A DNA stretch of 63,982 bases, filler included, from Blastocystis sp. subtype 4 (taxonomy: Eukaryota): NCBI RefSeq assembly GCF_000743755.1. It is 5 parts of 5 records of this genome, joined end to end, with 100 filler letters (N's around TTAATTAATTAA, not from the genome) between each part and the next. Parts side by side here need not be neighbours in the genome. Positions count along the whole stretch, not along the records: positions 41,382 to 55,052 come from NW_014569264.1; 4 more parts are not named here. One strand, written 5' to 3'. The notes beneath the pieces were generated by a model. The model ran no database searches. It was not told the DNA's origin and worked only from the letters and a program-made list of their open reading frames with translations. Within the stretch, counting starts at the first letter, position 1. Each line of letters opens with the position of its first letter. Below, piece after piece: positions 41,282 through 54,455 of this stretch. The translations under genes were made by a program, and so were the position numbers.

Positions 41282-41381
41282 NNNNNNNNNNNNNNNNNNN
41301 NNNNNNNNNNNNNNNNNNNNNNNNNTTAATTAATTAANNNNNNNNNNNNNNNNNNNNNNNNNNNNNNNNNNNNNNNNNNNN
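41282..41381. other. Artificial scaffold spacer
   Basis: N-run/TTAATTAATTAA/N-run. Confidence 0.98.
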
Positions 41382-42613
41382 GTGAGCTCATCATACACAC
41401 GCTGTGTGACTGGACCAGCAGGCTTGGAAGGATCCTTAGGATCGAGAGGAATATCAATCATCTTTCCATTGTACAGAATACCATTGATTGAACCGCAAAC
41501 AGCAGCAGTGCCAGAAGTGAAACACTCGAGAAGACGGTTCTGAGCAGCAGCCTTCTCAATATCATAGATCGTAAACTCTCTCTCCGAGACCTTGAACTCG
41601 TTCCACTTGCGAGTAAGTTGCACAATGGACTTACGAGTGATACCAGGAAGAATCAAACCATTCAGAGGACAAGTGATCAACTCCTTCTCACCCTGTTCAT
41701 TAATCCATAAGAAGAAGATATTCATTGCACCTCCTTCCATAATGATACCATTCGGACCCACACCCAACAACTGACTATATCCTTTCTGCTCCCACTGATG
41801 AGCAGGGAGAATTGTAGGAGCATAGTTAGCACCTAGCTTATAAGCTCCATGACCACCAGGCCAAGCACGGACATGATCCTCATCAGCCACCAACTTGATG
41901 GGCTTGAAACCAGTTGCATAGTAAGGACCTGAGGGAGAACAAATTGTATATACCTTGCAAGTCTTAGAAGGATGAACACCCAGGAAGGCATCAGTTGCAA
42001 TGCATGTAGGACGAATATACAGGGAATAACCCTTTCCTGTAGGAATCCAGTCCTTATCAACACGCACCAACTCCTTAATGGCCTCCAGATGCACCTCAGG
42101 ATCTAAAGGCTACTCATTACACTTTACACCCTTCATTACAGGAAGACAGAGTCTCTCAATCGACGAGTTCAGACGCAGAACATTCTCTCTGGGACGGAAC
42201 ATACGAACATGACCCTCACTATCACGATAGGCCTTCATTCCCTCAAAACACTACCAATCAATTGTAAATACATGCATCTACCTCAGTGGCATAGTGGAAC
42301 ACAGAAGTGGCAGGATCGAGGCACAGATTGTGATAAGGAACAATACGAGGAGTTCCCCACTGCTTGCCATCAAAATCGATCTCCAACATGTGATCGGACA
42401 TGTACTTTCCAAATCCAAGCTTCTCATTCGCAACCTTGGGCTTGGGATTCTTGGTGCGTTCAACAATGATTTGTGGCTTCTACCCATCACTACAACGCTC
42501 AAGCACCAACAGCGGCAGAAAAAGCTCGAATGAAACAACCACTCTCTATATGTCATCTATTCGAACTACCTCCTACTGAGCATCAAATTCTTAGAGGAAG
42601 AAACAAATGCCAT
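41382..42613 (-). CDS. BCAT: Branched-chain amino acid aminotransferase, probable organellar presequence, 3' end in gap
   Basis: [59 protein letters not shown]-terminus [13 protein letters not shown] is Ser/Arg-rich. Confidence 0.93.
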
Positions 42614-42827
42614 GATATTTGAAGAATAATGTAAATGGTTTATGAAGTAGTATTTATTACCTGAGGGGTTTGAATGGTGGAAAATGAGTGGTATTTTCCC
42701 CTCATCGGCGGATAAACTTACCTTGTTGGTCTGAATACTTCGTGTAGTACTACCAAGAAGGAAATTAACTTCCATTTACGTGAATTACATTCTATATTAG
42801 TTCAGCTTTTAATCTGTTGTGTTAAGG

Positions 42828-43975
42828 ATGCAGTTATTCTTCAGAAATTATTTAGTCATTCTATCTGTTCTGATCCTTTCTGCTATTTTAGTTGGAAATT
42901 TTCGTATTTTGCTGATTGACGAACATATGTCCTTTAAAACTATTAATTTGAATGACTGTAATGGTCACTGTTCCTTTAATTAACTGTTTAGATACTTTTA
43001 AACTGATTAACAGTCGTCTATTTGATCAGTTTTCCTTTGCTACCAGACGTCATTATGGTCTTGACTATCTTAATATTGAAGCGAATCGCATTGCTGAATG
43101 CCTAAAAAAACGAGTGGATTCATCCCACTGTTTTTCATTCAAAGATGAAGTGACTTATGTAAAAGAGGTGTACCGTGATGAGGATATGGTGATGAAGTAT
43201 CCTCATCCGTATCATGTCATCTTAAACAACCCTGATGCTTGTTCATCGGATCCTCAAGTATTAATTGGAACACCTGTGGGTCCTCGTCAGTTTTTGGAGC
43301 GAATGGGAACACGTCATTCTTGGGGTAGTGTTCAAAATGTGAATGGAATTCGTGTGAAACACCTGTTCTTTGCAGGTCAGGATGAAAATGATCCTGAAGG
43401 AGATCGGTTGTTACGAGAGGAGAATGAGTACTATCACGACATTATCCAATTTGATGTGAAAAATCATTTTATGAATCTCACTTTATTATCAATTCTGACC
43501 TACAATTGGACTGATGTGTATTGTCCTCATATTCAGTATTACACTCGAGTTGACAACGATATGTGGTTTAATCCACACACATACATCAAGGATGTTCTTT
43601 CGGTTCCTCGTAATTCCTCGATTCTAGGTTTTTTGATTTCTTTTGCTCGTCCAGTTCGCTCTTCTTCAAGTCGTTATTATCTCCCACGTCGGATTTATCC
43701 AGAAGACACCTTTCCACCATACATGTCAGGTTGTTTTGTAACGTTAACAAGAGATGTGTTGCCAATCGTTGTAAACGTCAGCGCAAAGATGAAACGTCTA
43801 TTATACTTTGATGATGTGTTTTTAGGTCAAGTAGCTGAAAAGACAGGAATTACGCTAATTCCGCTGAACAGCTCTAAGATATCATTTGCACCTGTTCCAT
43901 ACATGTTCTTTAAGGATCTGTGGGGAGTTCATCGGATAAGTCCTGGTGATCGGATGGCTTTGTGGCTATTACACT
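42828..43975 (+). CDS. Beta-1,3-galactosyltransferase family (GT31); stop completed by polyadenylation
   Basis: N-terminal signal anchor, R..TRHSWG, EENEYYHDII, NLTL, RVDNDM, PPYMSG, FDDVFLG. In-frame T 43975 + gttg + TGTTTGTT. Confidence 0.9.
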
Positions 43976-44029
43976 GTTGTGTTTGTTCTATCTTCCTCTA
44001 CATCTATCCGCTAATCAAACAAACAATCC

Positions 44030-45743
44030 AATCAATCTGTGCGGCTGGTAAAGCATACTCATCCTTCTCCCTCTCATAGTATTTATCTACAAATGCCGCC
44101 ACCTTTGCATACACTTCATCTGTCATAGAAAGTGCCTCCAAGTTATCCAGCGTTTCTCCATCTTGAATATCGTCATCAACAATATTCGTTTGCCATCTTC
44201 CCATATTAACCAACACTTGACCCATCTACATCATAACATCCCTTTTACATTCTCTACGCTCATCATTCGGTCCAAAGAATCAATGATCATAATCAACAAT
44301 TTCTCTTCTGAATTCTTATTCAACAACATACTGATCTCAGGAACGATACGATACTTATCGAGCACAAATGACAACTGATTCATGGAGCTACCACAGACGA
44401 TGTTGCAAATTGTCCAGCAAGCTTCCTTCTGAATATCGAGTTTGCCTTGATTAATCATTTCCTCCAACACTGGAACGAGTCCTCGATCCAATAACAACTA
44501 CGCATAAATCGGGACTATTTCGGTCACCTGTATCTGTTCTATATTTCCAGCAGCAATATTCGAGAGACACCATGTGGCCTCCTTCACAATTGCTGTATTG
44601 GACGAGTTGATCAACGCTTCCAGATAGTCTAGGACATTCAGATCAATACACATCTGTGTCTGAATATCGTCTCCAGAGAGAACATTTCCAACAGTACGTA
44701 ATGCAGGGGACACGATCTTCGTATTTTGGTTTCCCAACAACTGCATCACAATAGGGAGGACATTCATCTGAAGTACATACTAAAGATAACAATTCAGTCA
44801 CATATCACACTCTTGTATTCGCCTTATTACTATCCGTGACAAACACGAAAGACCAGCAAGCATCAACCACAATCTCCTCCTTATCACTCAGTAGGCACTC
44901 CATCATATAAGGTAAACAGATAGAAACCTTCTCGAAGTTTGCAGGAACTCCATCACGCATACGGCAGAGATTTGAAAGTAACCAAACAGAATTCTTCTGA
45001 AACATATACGTAGGGTTCTACAAGTGAGTACAGATGAATGAACTCACATTGTTGAGATGGACCAACAACATGTTGATTGTACCAGCATCGATAATAGCAT
45101 CACGATAATCAGCACTATCTCCTGCAATATTACCAAGAGCCCAAGCAGCTTGTTCACGAACATTTGATGAAGGAGAGTTGATTAACCCAATCAAGACTGG
45201 AAGAGCTCCACTCATCACCACCACTGCAGTCTAGAATTAAGAAGATGTAAAATATAGACTTGGTCTTTATTTCCTGAAGCAATGTTTGTCAATACCCAAG
45301 CAGCTTCGTATTGAAGTTCTGGACAACTGTCACAACTCAAAAAACTAGTGAAACGAGGAACCAAGCCAGTCTGGATAACAAGGTCAATTGGAGGATAGTG
45401 ATCTGAGTAATAATAGATAGCAAACATAAGTACCATTCGAAAGTAGTTTTCGGAAGAATGATACACTCTCCAAGAGCTGATCTGGAGGGAGTGTAGACTC
45501 AGCAATAATCTGTGTATGACGTTCAACCTACCCAATGAGCAACGAAATATAGAGAAATACGTCTTCCTTAGTGATATTTGAACCATTGGTTTTGTTGAGA
45601 GCATCAAGGAACGAAGGACTCACTCTCTTCTTCTTCAGAATATTTTCACGCTTTTGACGACTATTTCCTGACACGATCGACGTAAGTCGTTCGTTCGAAT
45701 CCTGAACTCCCTTCCCTTGTTTAATTGATGCATTTAGACTCAT
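44030..45743 (-). CDS. KPNA: Importin alpha; stop completed by polyadenylation
   Basis: IBB-like KRENILKKKR; ARM repeats LQYEAAWVLTNIASG, REQAAWALGNIAGD, PALRTVGN, KEATWCLSNIAAG. In-frame T 44030 + ggat + TGTTTGTT. Confidence 0.93.
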
Positions 45744-45899
45744 TCTGGTTCTGTCTCGTCAGCAATGGATGGTTATTTCTTCAACACAGATTTGTGGTCA
45801 CGGTTTTTTGGTACTATTTCTTCTTGTTTTCTGGTCGGGCAATTTTATGTTACAGTGAACTTATATTCATTTTGAATTGATCTAATGAACAAACAAGAC

Positions 45900-47061
45900 A
45901 AAACGACATTTGGGAATAATCAGGTTCGTCTGGTTCGAGTAATTGTGCAACTCCATACGCACCAACACAAAATAGAACCAATGCTGTAAATAAAACAATA
46001 TTCCGCGTTTGATTCTTCTTATACCGTTCTTCCTCCTGTTTTTCTATTTCTTATTCGAATACAAGACTACACACGGTAAATTGTCTCTTCATTTTCCTCT
46101 TTTTCTTCCAGAGTCGCATCTACATAAAGAGACAATACAAATCACTACAAGGATACTTGCGAGTTATGAAACAACGCTTCTCATTGGATACTTCCACTTT
46201 CAATCCCCGATTCAGTAGAAAAACATTGGTTGTAAGAATTGCTTCGGTATCTGTTTCGAGTGGAATAAAGTAGGCATTCATGATTCGCTGATAATAGTCC
46301 TGTAGATAGGGGTACTCCGATACAATGTGTTGTAAGGTGGAAGGTACTTCTTGAATCTGTGCAAGATGAGCAAAGAAGTAGACGTCCGCTGTAGAAGGAC
46401 GGTACCCAAATAAAAAGTCAGGTTGTTTTTGAGAAGCGAGTCGTTGATTCAGAATTCCATACAGGGCTTCTAGTTTGGAAAGCAACTACCATTTACCAAT
46501 GATGATAATACACACTTCTTCTTCAGTCTCTTGAGTGACGGATTTGAGTTTGTTGAAATGCGTTCGCTGTTGAAGATAATTAGAAGCAGCAAACATGAGA
46601 GATGATGGAAGTCCTAGGATTGGGCGATATATAGTTTGAACAATCTGTTTGAGGCTATCCCTTGTGAGCCACTTTCGTTTTCCCTACGGATCACAGTACG
46701 AAATCACAGTCACATAGAGAGATGATGCAACTGTGTTCAAAAGGTAACTGTACAGTGCAATCTCGGCGCGTTCCGTATCAGAGTAATCCAAATCTAAATC
46801 TGTATACTACAACTCAGGTATCATCTCCAGAATATCACATTCTTCTTTAAATAGTCGATTGCATCTTTTCCTGGGATGATGAATCGTTCATCAATCAAAT
46901 ATGGTAAATTACCTCCAGCTATATTTTTTGTGTAACTGCAATTCGTTTCAGTATAGTAGATGCCAGCAAACCGCAAATACACCTAGAAGTAATCAAACGA
47001 GACAGATAATGGATACATGGATTTCCCATGCATATTCAAATTGAACAAGAGTTAATGGCAT
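45900..47061 (-). CDS. Metaxin-like (GST-fold) tail-anchored protein; stop completed by polyadenylation
   Basis: VYLRFAG..GNLPYL, FLFGYRPSTADVYFFAHL, C-terminal TM IVLFTALVLFCVGAYGVA. In-frame T 45900 + gtct + TGTTTGTT. Confidence 0.75.
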
Positions 47062-47101
47062 TATGTCGGAACAGAATCCTGAGAAACAAACAATGATCCC
47101 A

Positions 47102-49507
47102 TTAAGTATTTATCTTGAAGAATGCAGCATATCCTCGCAATTCAAAGCACATCATAGCAAGAATTCGTAAAACAATGTTCATTCCAATCAACAGAGGAAC
47201 GGCAATTGAAATATCATATTCATTCACATTGAATGCCTCTAGAACTGCCTTATCATCGGGATATGGACAGGGCAAATTTGGAGTACATTCAAAATGGACT
47301 CCATGGAACTGATTCAGAATGAGTAGTTTATAACCCCAATAAAAGAAACTAACATATCGGATCCATTTGAGGAACCAAAAGACTCGAAGTCCTTGCAAGT
47401 AGAATCCCCCTAGAAGGATGATAGGCAATGTAACGACCGTCGTGAGTGAGGAGGCAAGAGAAAAGTTTCCTGTTGCTGCTGCAATCAGCTGACCAAGGGC
47501 AGCAGCGCAATTAGTCACTAAAAGAATAGATCCTAAAAACCCTAAAAACCGAGAAAAAGCAAATTGAAATCCAATCAAATAATAGGCTATCAGACAAAAT
47601 ATGGTAGGGAAGAGGATGGATAGAGGAAAAGCAACTGTGGTAATAGCAGCAAAATAGGCATCTAAGCGATACATTCCTTTCAATGATATGATCAAAAAAG
47701 ACTCACCGTCTCCACTCTCAACGAAGACAACTGGTAAATCCTTACTAAGCATAGCAATATCACTATAGAGAGCAGTATAACTTTCATTCATTAGAATGAA
47801 AAACATGGCTGAGATACGATTGCGAACACCCTTGATATCATTATCGATATGACCAAGGATACAGGCTGACTCAGAGGTATCTGTAAGTATACAATGCCAA
47901 GAAATAGGGAGATAAGAATGGTTTGGATTGTCCGTGAGACAAACAATCGATCATCTCTGAAAAACAACTATATGAGAGAGGATTAAAGTGATTACACGAA
48001 TCTCTCTTCGAACCAACGTACGATACTGTTGCCACCATGTTGCTTGATATTGCCTTCGAAACATCACATATACAAATCGTTTCCAGAATGATCCTCGAAC
48101 TTGTCCTTCACTATGATGGATTTGAGTCTGTATAGACAAAGGAGGAGGAAGATTTTCTCCTTCTCGAATCTGTATATCATTCTGTTGTCTGTTTGTAGAA
48201 TGTCTGAATGGGAGATAACACAAAATGATACCTATACAAATGAGAGAGAAGCTGAAGATCATTCTCCTTTTGAATCTCTGTTACAGGCTGAGAATATGAT
48301 AGATGCGTAGTATCAAACATAGCAGCTAGAATGGGAATCATATCATTCACTTACACACAATCGAATGAGAATTCAGTAATTGCGTATGAATCTGATTGAA
48401 ATATTCCTTTGTCTCTTCCACTGTTCCAAAAAAGGCTATTTGTCCTGAAGCCAATACAATCACTCGATCAAATACTTCTAATAAATGTGAAGGAAGACTG
48501 TGAATCGAACATATTACACAGGTCCCACGATCTTTCTATGTAATACGAATCGTCTCAATTATACAAGAAGAGAGAGAGTCCTAATCACATCTTCAATAGC
48601 AACAGCATCTAATCCTCCTAATGGTTCGTCAACAACCAACACTCTATCATTCATTCATATCTAATTTATCTACTTGGGGTTCATCATTATCACACATGCT
48701 AATGCAAGCTTTCTCTTCTCTCCTTCGGAGATTCCTCCTCTAGTAGCTGTACCAATTGGAGTTGCAAGAAACCGTTTCATTCGGAGATGATCAACTATCC
48801 ATCGAATGGATTTCAATCGTTCTTCTTTTGATAGATTTGCCATCATTAACTCTGATGTGAAATACAATTGTTCCTCAACAAGAAGGGAACTGAGATAGGA
48901 AGCGTTCTGACGAACCACAGAACAGATGTCTCGGAGAGAGATAGCAGATATAGGAAACCCATTGCAAAAAATCTCTCCTTGATCACTCTTACATAAACCA
49001 GCAATGATATTGAGAAGTGTAGTATTACCTGAACCTCTAGAATCTCACAAATCTATTTCACCTACGTTACACCAAGAATTACAGTCATCGTTCCTGACTC
49101 CAGATAGGTAGTTACATTATGAAGAATACACCGTTTTCCCGTTTGGATAAGATCGGTTGCATCAATTGTGGAATATCGTCGTTCTCGATGATCCTCATTA
49201 TTCCCAGAAACACTGATAGCAATTGTATCATCCTCGTCATCTGAGTAATAACTGAATTCTACTTGATCGTCTGGATACAACTACTCATCAACACACAGAA
49301 CCGATCCAACAGAATCATAAATCTTATCTTTTCTAATCAGAACATCAACAAGTCGCTTCTTCTTCCTCTTCGTGAGACAAATGTGGTGAAGGGATAGAAA
49401 CAGTTTATGTTCATCTATTATATTACGAATTGGGAATTTAAAAAACCATCTAAATCACTGTTATATGGAGAGAAGACTGATTGTTGTTCATCTTCACCAA
49501 TGGACAT
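47102..49507 (-). CDS. ABCG (White-type) half transporter with degenerate nucleotide-binding motifs
   Basis: NBD followed by TMD. Walker A GVTGSGNTT, signature ISEGEKRK, VVDEP.GGLD, CSIH, LGGFYL..WIRYVSFFYWG. Start approximate. Confidence 0.85.
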
Positions 49508-49696
49508 TCATATGGCTCAAAAAGGGATTGAAAGTTTTGGCTGAATAATTATGGGATGAAGGGATATAGATTTTCACTAGACGACAGCTCTCCATAATAG
49601 TATTGTTAAATGTTATTTCCTTCCAAAATACGTCGAATATAACAACTAATAAGATAATGTCAATAATTGTTTGTTCAGAATAATCTTGGTCCCAGA

Positions 49697-50456
49697 ATGC
49701 CATATTACATTGCTGTTTGTTGCTATCAGTGCAAACAGTTTCAGGGTCAACAAGTGAAATAAGGTCATTTAGTTGAGGTTAAGGAAAACAAGCAAAGGAA
49801 GTTCAGGTGTAAGGTTTGTGGAGAGAAGCAAAGTGTTCGGCATGTTTCTTTCGGTGGAGTGTGTAACAAGTAGATCTTTGCCCGAAGTGATTATCCGAAA
49901 TATATTCGGAATATAGTCCAAGAGTTGAATAAAAAGAGAGCAGATATGAAAGAAAAGCATGATCAAGAAGTCGAAATATCAAATGATACAGAGGATTACA
50001 TTCGTCCACTGGAAAATACCCCGGAACGGGGGGCAAGTTTGTGGGCGGCATTTGTTGATGAGGTGTTTTGTAGGATCTAGGTTTCATGTGTAGGAGAAGA
50101 AGAATAAACATTCGGAAGAAGAAGATCCAGATTATATCACGGATTCATCATTGCTGTATTCGAAGGTTGATCGTTCAAAGCGGAAGCCAAGGGAAGGAAG
50201 GAAGAAAACGTCTCATAAGCATCAGGCAGAAGTACAACCTCTACAGCGGCAACCAAGCCCTGATGTGATTCATCCTATCAATAAGGAAGAGAAGAAATCA
50301 GATGAACTAGTTTTCGTTGTAATATCCATTTTCAATTGTTTTAAGTAGACGGATTTGGAGGGTGTGGAGGAATCCAGGAGTGCCGATAAAGAGATGATTG
50401 ATCCAATTCCATCTGCTTCTGTTTCAAAAAATTCAATGTGGAATTCTTTTATGTGA
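49697..50456 (+). CDS. MRN-interacting protein (MRNIP/C5orf45)-like zinc-ribbon protein
   Basis: Spliced N-terminus CYQCKQFQGQQ..KFRCKVCGEKQSVRH..RNIVQELN resembles the family pattern. Confidence 0.7.
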
Positions 50457-50541
50457 CGTTAGTTTGCACTTTTCATCATTTTTGTTTTGACTCCTCCTGA
50501 TATTCATTTTGTGTTTTTATTCCTTTGTTCAATAGTATTCG

Positions 50542-52847
50542 ATGTCATCTTCCACAATCCTGAATTACTGTTGTGGAGCAAAACCGATGACAAAAGTGAT
50601 TGAATTAGTTGGCAATACCATTGACAATGTAACCATTGAATATTCGAATGAAATGTAGGTTGACTTTGTGGATTGGCAAGACTTGGTTATTATAGGTTTA
50701 TTTGAATTATCCATAGGAGAACGAATGTATCCATATATCCGAAGAAGAAGTGAATGAGACTATCCCTCTCCTCGATTCAAATATCCGTCATATTGCAGAA
50801 TCAATGCGTGATACGTCAGTACGAGATTCTTGGAAGAACACCCGATCCGATTACAATCGAATCGAAGCAGAACGGTGCATTCGGTATGATAATGCTGTTA
50901 TTGCTGCATATTCTCTTGGAACAACTCCAATTCATACATTTCTCCTCCGTCATCTCCTTTCTACGCATCTCTCCTTTCGAGATTCGATGCATATTGTGTG
51001 TTTATGTGGTGGAAGTGGAGCTGAGATACTTTCATTTCTCTTAGCCACTTCAACTCATCCCATTTTTCTTCGATTCACTATCATCGATAAAGAAGAGCGT
51101 TGGCGTTCTTCGTAGAGTTGGTTTTCAGTTAATGAGATAGATTGGATGCAATTAAGATGGATTTGAAATCAAGAGGTTTTCAGGTTGATATCTCGTTCCA
51201 TTCGATGGATTTGCTGTATTTGTACGAATTTCTTGTTATCTAGTGATTCTTCAAATGCTTCAGTGCTTGGATCCATTTTCCAAACAGCAGATGTGTGTAC
51301 TCTTGTGTATGGCGTGAGTGAGCTCCTTGATTATAACTCTACTCATACTCAACACCTCCTTTCCCTCTTAGCATCTACTCTTCCATGCAACGCTTCTCTC
51401 CTTATTGTTGACCCTGTCTCTCATCAATTCTGTTGTGAAAAGGAAACACTCATCCTCCGTCACCTATCCACTTCATGTCACTGGCATACCAGTTATCGAG
51501 GTCACGATAAGGTTTCTGTTTCTCGCTCGCTGCTTGAACCTGCCATTACTTCCTATTGTCAACTCCTGGGTCTTCACATCAATCGTGATGTGAAGCTAAG
51601 TTGTCACACATGGACACTGTTGCTTCGTAAGGAAGCGAATCTTGATTCAGATCATCAAGAGAAACGGATTTGCTGCTCTTCCAAATCAGTCTCCACTGTG
51701 TTGATCCTTACTCAGTCTCCTTGTATATGGCAGTGGCAATGGATGCTTCGTAAGAAGACTCATAGCAATATCTGGTGTATTTCAGATCCTTCAAACCTAG
51801 CTATGATGAAGCGACTCGTTCAGAGTTGGCAACAATTTGGAGGAGTTCTACTCTTACCATATTCACGATCAGTGCTTTCGAATCTTTCTATCTCACCATC
51901 GTTATTGATTCTTCACAATTACGACATGTTTTGTGAGACGGATCCAAACCATATTCCAATCTCTTCACTTCACATTATAGTTACAATTCAGAGCGAGAAA
52001 ATGAGAGAACGAATACAACAAGATGTGAAAGTTATGAGCAACTCTGAGGAAATTATATCTCTTCAAATGAGTTGTGAAGACGTAATGAAGAGCAATGAGC
52101 AACGAGGAGTGAGATGTACCATTGAGAAGCGAGATTGGAGACCCACTTCACTGCAAAAGGAGTTGTTAACAGCATGTGGAAAGAATAATAATCTAAAGAT
52201 GCTTTTATTGGTACATCCTTCACTATTGAAAGAAATGAAGATGAAATCGATTTCAGCAACTGTGTCTTTTCAGTGTTATGTTGATGAATAGTTGGCAGTG
52301 CTTATTCAAGAGAAGTGTTCAACAGTATTTGATCCTGTACAAAGTGAACGAGTAGGGGATATTTGATAGTAACAATTAGATTTCAATTGTGATTCAGGAA
52401 ATTGAATTGTCCAAGTCTATCCAATCAACTATTGTAGTTCTCTGTAGACTCTCCTCTTCGATTCGTATTCTTTTTCTACTAATCTGACGCCTTTAGACGC
52501 CTTGAAATCATGTATTGAATATTATAATCAGAGTCATACTCCAATATCATATTCTGTGATTGATTCCTTCAAAAGGACGCAAGTGTGTAATTACTTTGGA
52601 TTGTGATACCTAGTCCAAAACAATGTATCGACTCGCAAGAACTTCGTTTAACAGTGATGTGACTTTGATTCACATCTCCTGTCTACCCCAAATGGAAATT
52701 GAGGATGAGATTGATACTGTACTACTGTTTGAAGCAACATTGGGAGAGAATAAGGTTCGAGAAACCACTTCAGAATGCATAACATCTTTCTTCTTTTTAG
52801 ATCGAGTAAAATCGATGAGGGTGATCAAATTGTGAAGGATCCTCATT
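50542..52847 (+). CDS. Hypothetical protein with SAM-methyltransferase-like motif; stop possibly completed by polyadenylation
   Basis: IVCLCGGSGAE followed by FTIID..W. 3' end ..KDPH + T 52847 + 4 nt + TGTTTGTT. Exon structure uncertain. Confidence 0.45.
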
Positions 52848-53330
52848 TTGTTGTTTGTTTTGGAAATCGAAACATAATGGGGCTCAACAAATGGCAGTGA
52901 ATTCCACAAGAATCAATACAGGAATTGGGTCCATTGGTTCGAATTCTTGTTCACCTCAAATCTCATTATTTCTTACAGGAGGGTGAGATACCATTCGAAG
53001 TGTCCTCTCTCCATGGAGTTGATAACATTTCAGGAGAGAACAAGTAGGGACTATCCTAGAGTCCCTACAGATTGAGGTAGGAAACGTACAATTTTCACTG
53101 CATGGAATGCGGAGCAAAACAAAGATAGAGTCTTCTGTTGCTCTATTTTCACCGAACTCTGCTAAAGCGGAATGAATAAATACGAGATATTATCCTTATG
53201 GATATACTGTCTGATGTTCATTAAGATTGCTAACCTTTCAGTTAGGTTGTGTTGGTAAGTTCCATTGTTCATTCTTTGTTTGTTGGCACAAAATCATGTA
53301 TCCTTAGATTCAAAGATTTCCTTGATAACG

Positions 53331-54296
53331 ATGATATATAAGTATGATTTAGAATAGAGTCGCTTCGTAACTCATTGTTTATAGATTCCTTCTTGTGTGT
53401 ACCCTTCTTGCTACATTTGTGAGTGGATCAGGTATTTGAAATAATATAGCTTGATGGTGTATAGATGTGGTTGAACTTTATGATTCCACATTTGATAAAG
53501 CTGTCATGGCTCCTGATGCTGGAGTCTGGTTTCTTCGCTTCTACGCCCCTGTATCTAGTCTTGTGTGGACACATAATTGGTGTAGTGGTGTGGACACTGC
53601 AAAGCCTTGAAGCCAACGTGGGAACAAGCTGCAGAAGAACTGAAGGGCCAAGTCCATTTTGGAGATGTTGGACATGGGAATATGGAATAATGGGTAGGTT
53701 GATGCCACGGAAGAGTTCGGTCTTGCTCATCGATTCAATATTCGTTCTTACCCTACCGTTATTCTGATTGCTTTTGTGGCTTTATGTTGATCCTATAATT
53801 CTTAGGGAAAGTACTACAGTTTTGATGGATCCCGAACTCTTGAATCTATTAAAGACTTCGCTCTGAATCTGTTAGTATCATCTTTGTGTATCATTGTAGG
53901 TATCCTCACAAAGAAGCCCATGCTGTTCCTCGCATGCCTTTCTTTTTGACAATTTTGTATCAGGTATATAGAGTCCGCTGTTTCATAAAGATAGAAATAT
54001 TCAAACAAGGCAAATATGTATCTCTACACACATCCTTTGTTTACCAGTATTCTCCTCGTTGCTATTGGTCTAACTTTTGGTGTCTGTTTCACTCTATTGA
54101 TGCTGGAAGTGTTCTATGTGGGTTTCAATGTTGTCGAGTCATCATTAGTACAATCGTTTGTATGATGAAGAAGAGGAAGAAGAAGAAGAGGACACGGAAG
54201 AGAAGACAGCACAAAGTACCGAACAAGAGGAAGAAGTTGAAGAGAAGACGGAAGAAAGTACTGAAAAGGTAGAGGGAACAGAAACATCTGAGAACT
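53331..54296 (+). CDS. Thioredoxin-related transmembrane (TMX/PDI-like) protein; stop completed by polyadenylation
   Basis: Signal peptide, spliced FYAPWCGHCKALKPTWE, TM helix, acidic tail. In-frame T 54296 + caac + TGTTTGTT. Confidence 0.85.
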
Positions 54297-54455
54297 CAAC
54301 TGTTTGTTTCAACGAATACATATTCTATCCTTCGATTTCTAGAAGAGAACGGATTTATTAATGATCATATACCCGTTAATCACTGAACAGTTGTTTCCAC
54401 GAAAGATCGCGATCTTTCTTGTTCATATTTTATTCTGTAAGCGAACTTAATTCTA

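Noticed and set aside
46120..46157. GTATCCTT in metaxin resembling a U12 5' site
   Set aside because: The frame is restored by an ordinary 29-nt GT-AG intron starting a few bases later, and there is no U12 branch site
52970..53000. Resemblance of gagataccat..cgaag to U1 snRNA stem-loop I
   Set aside because: Lacks the ACTTACCTG 5' end and a clear Sm site
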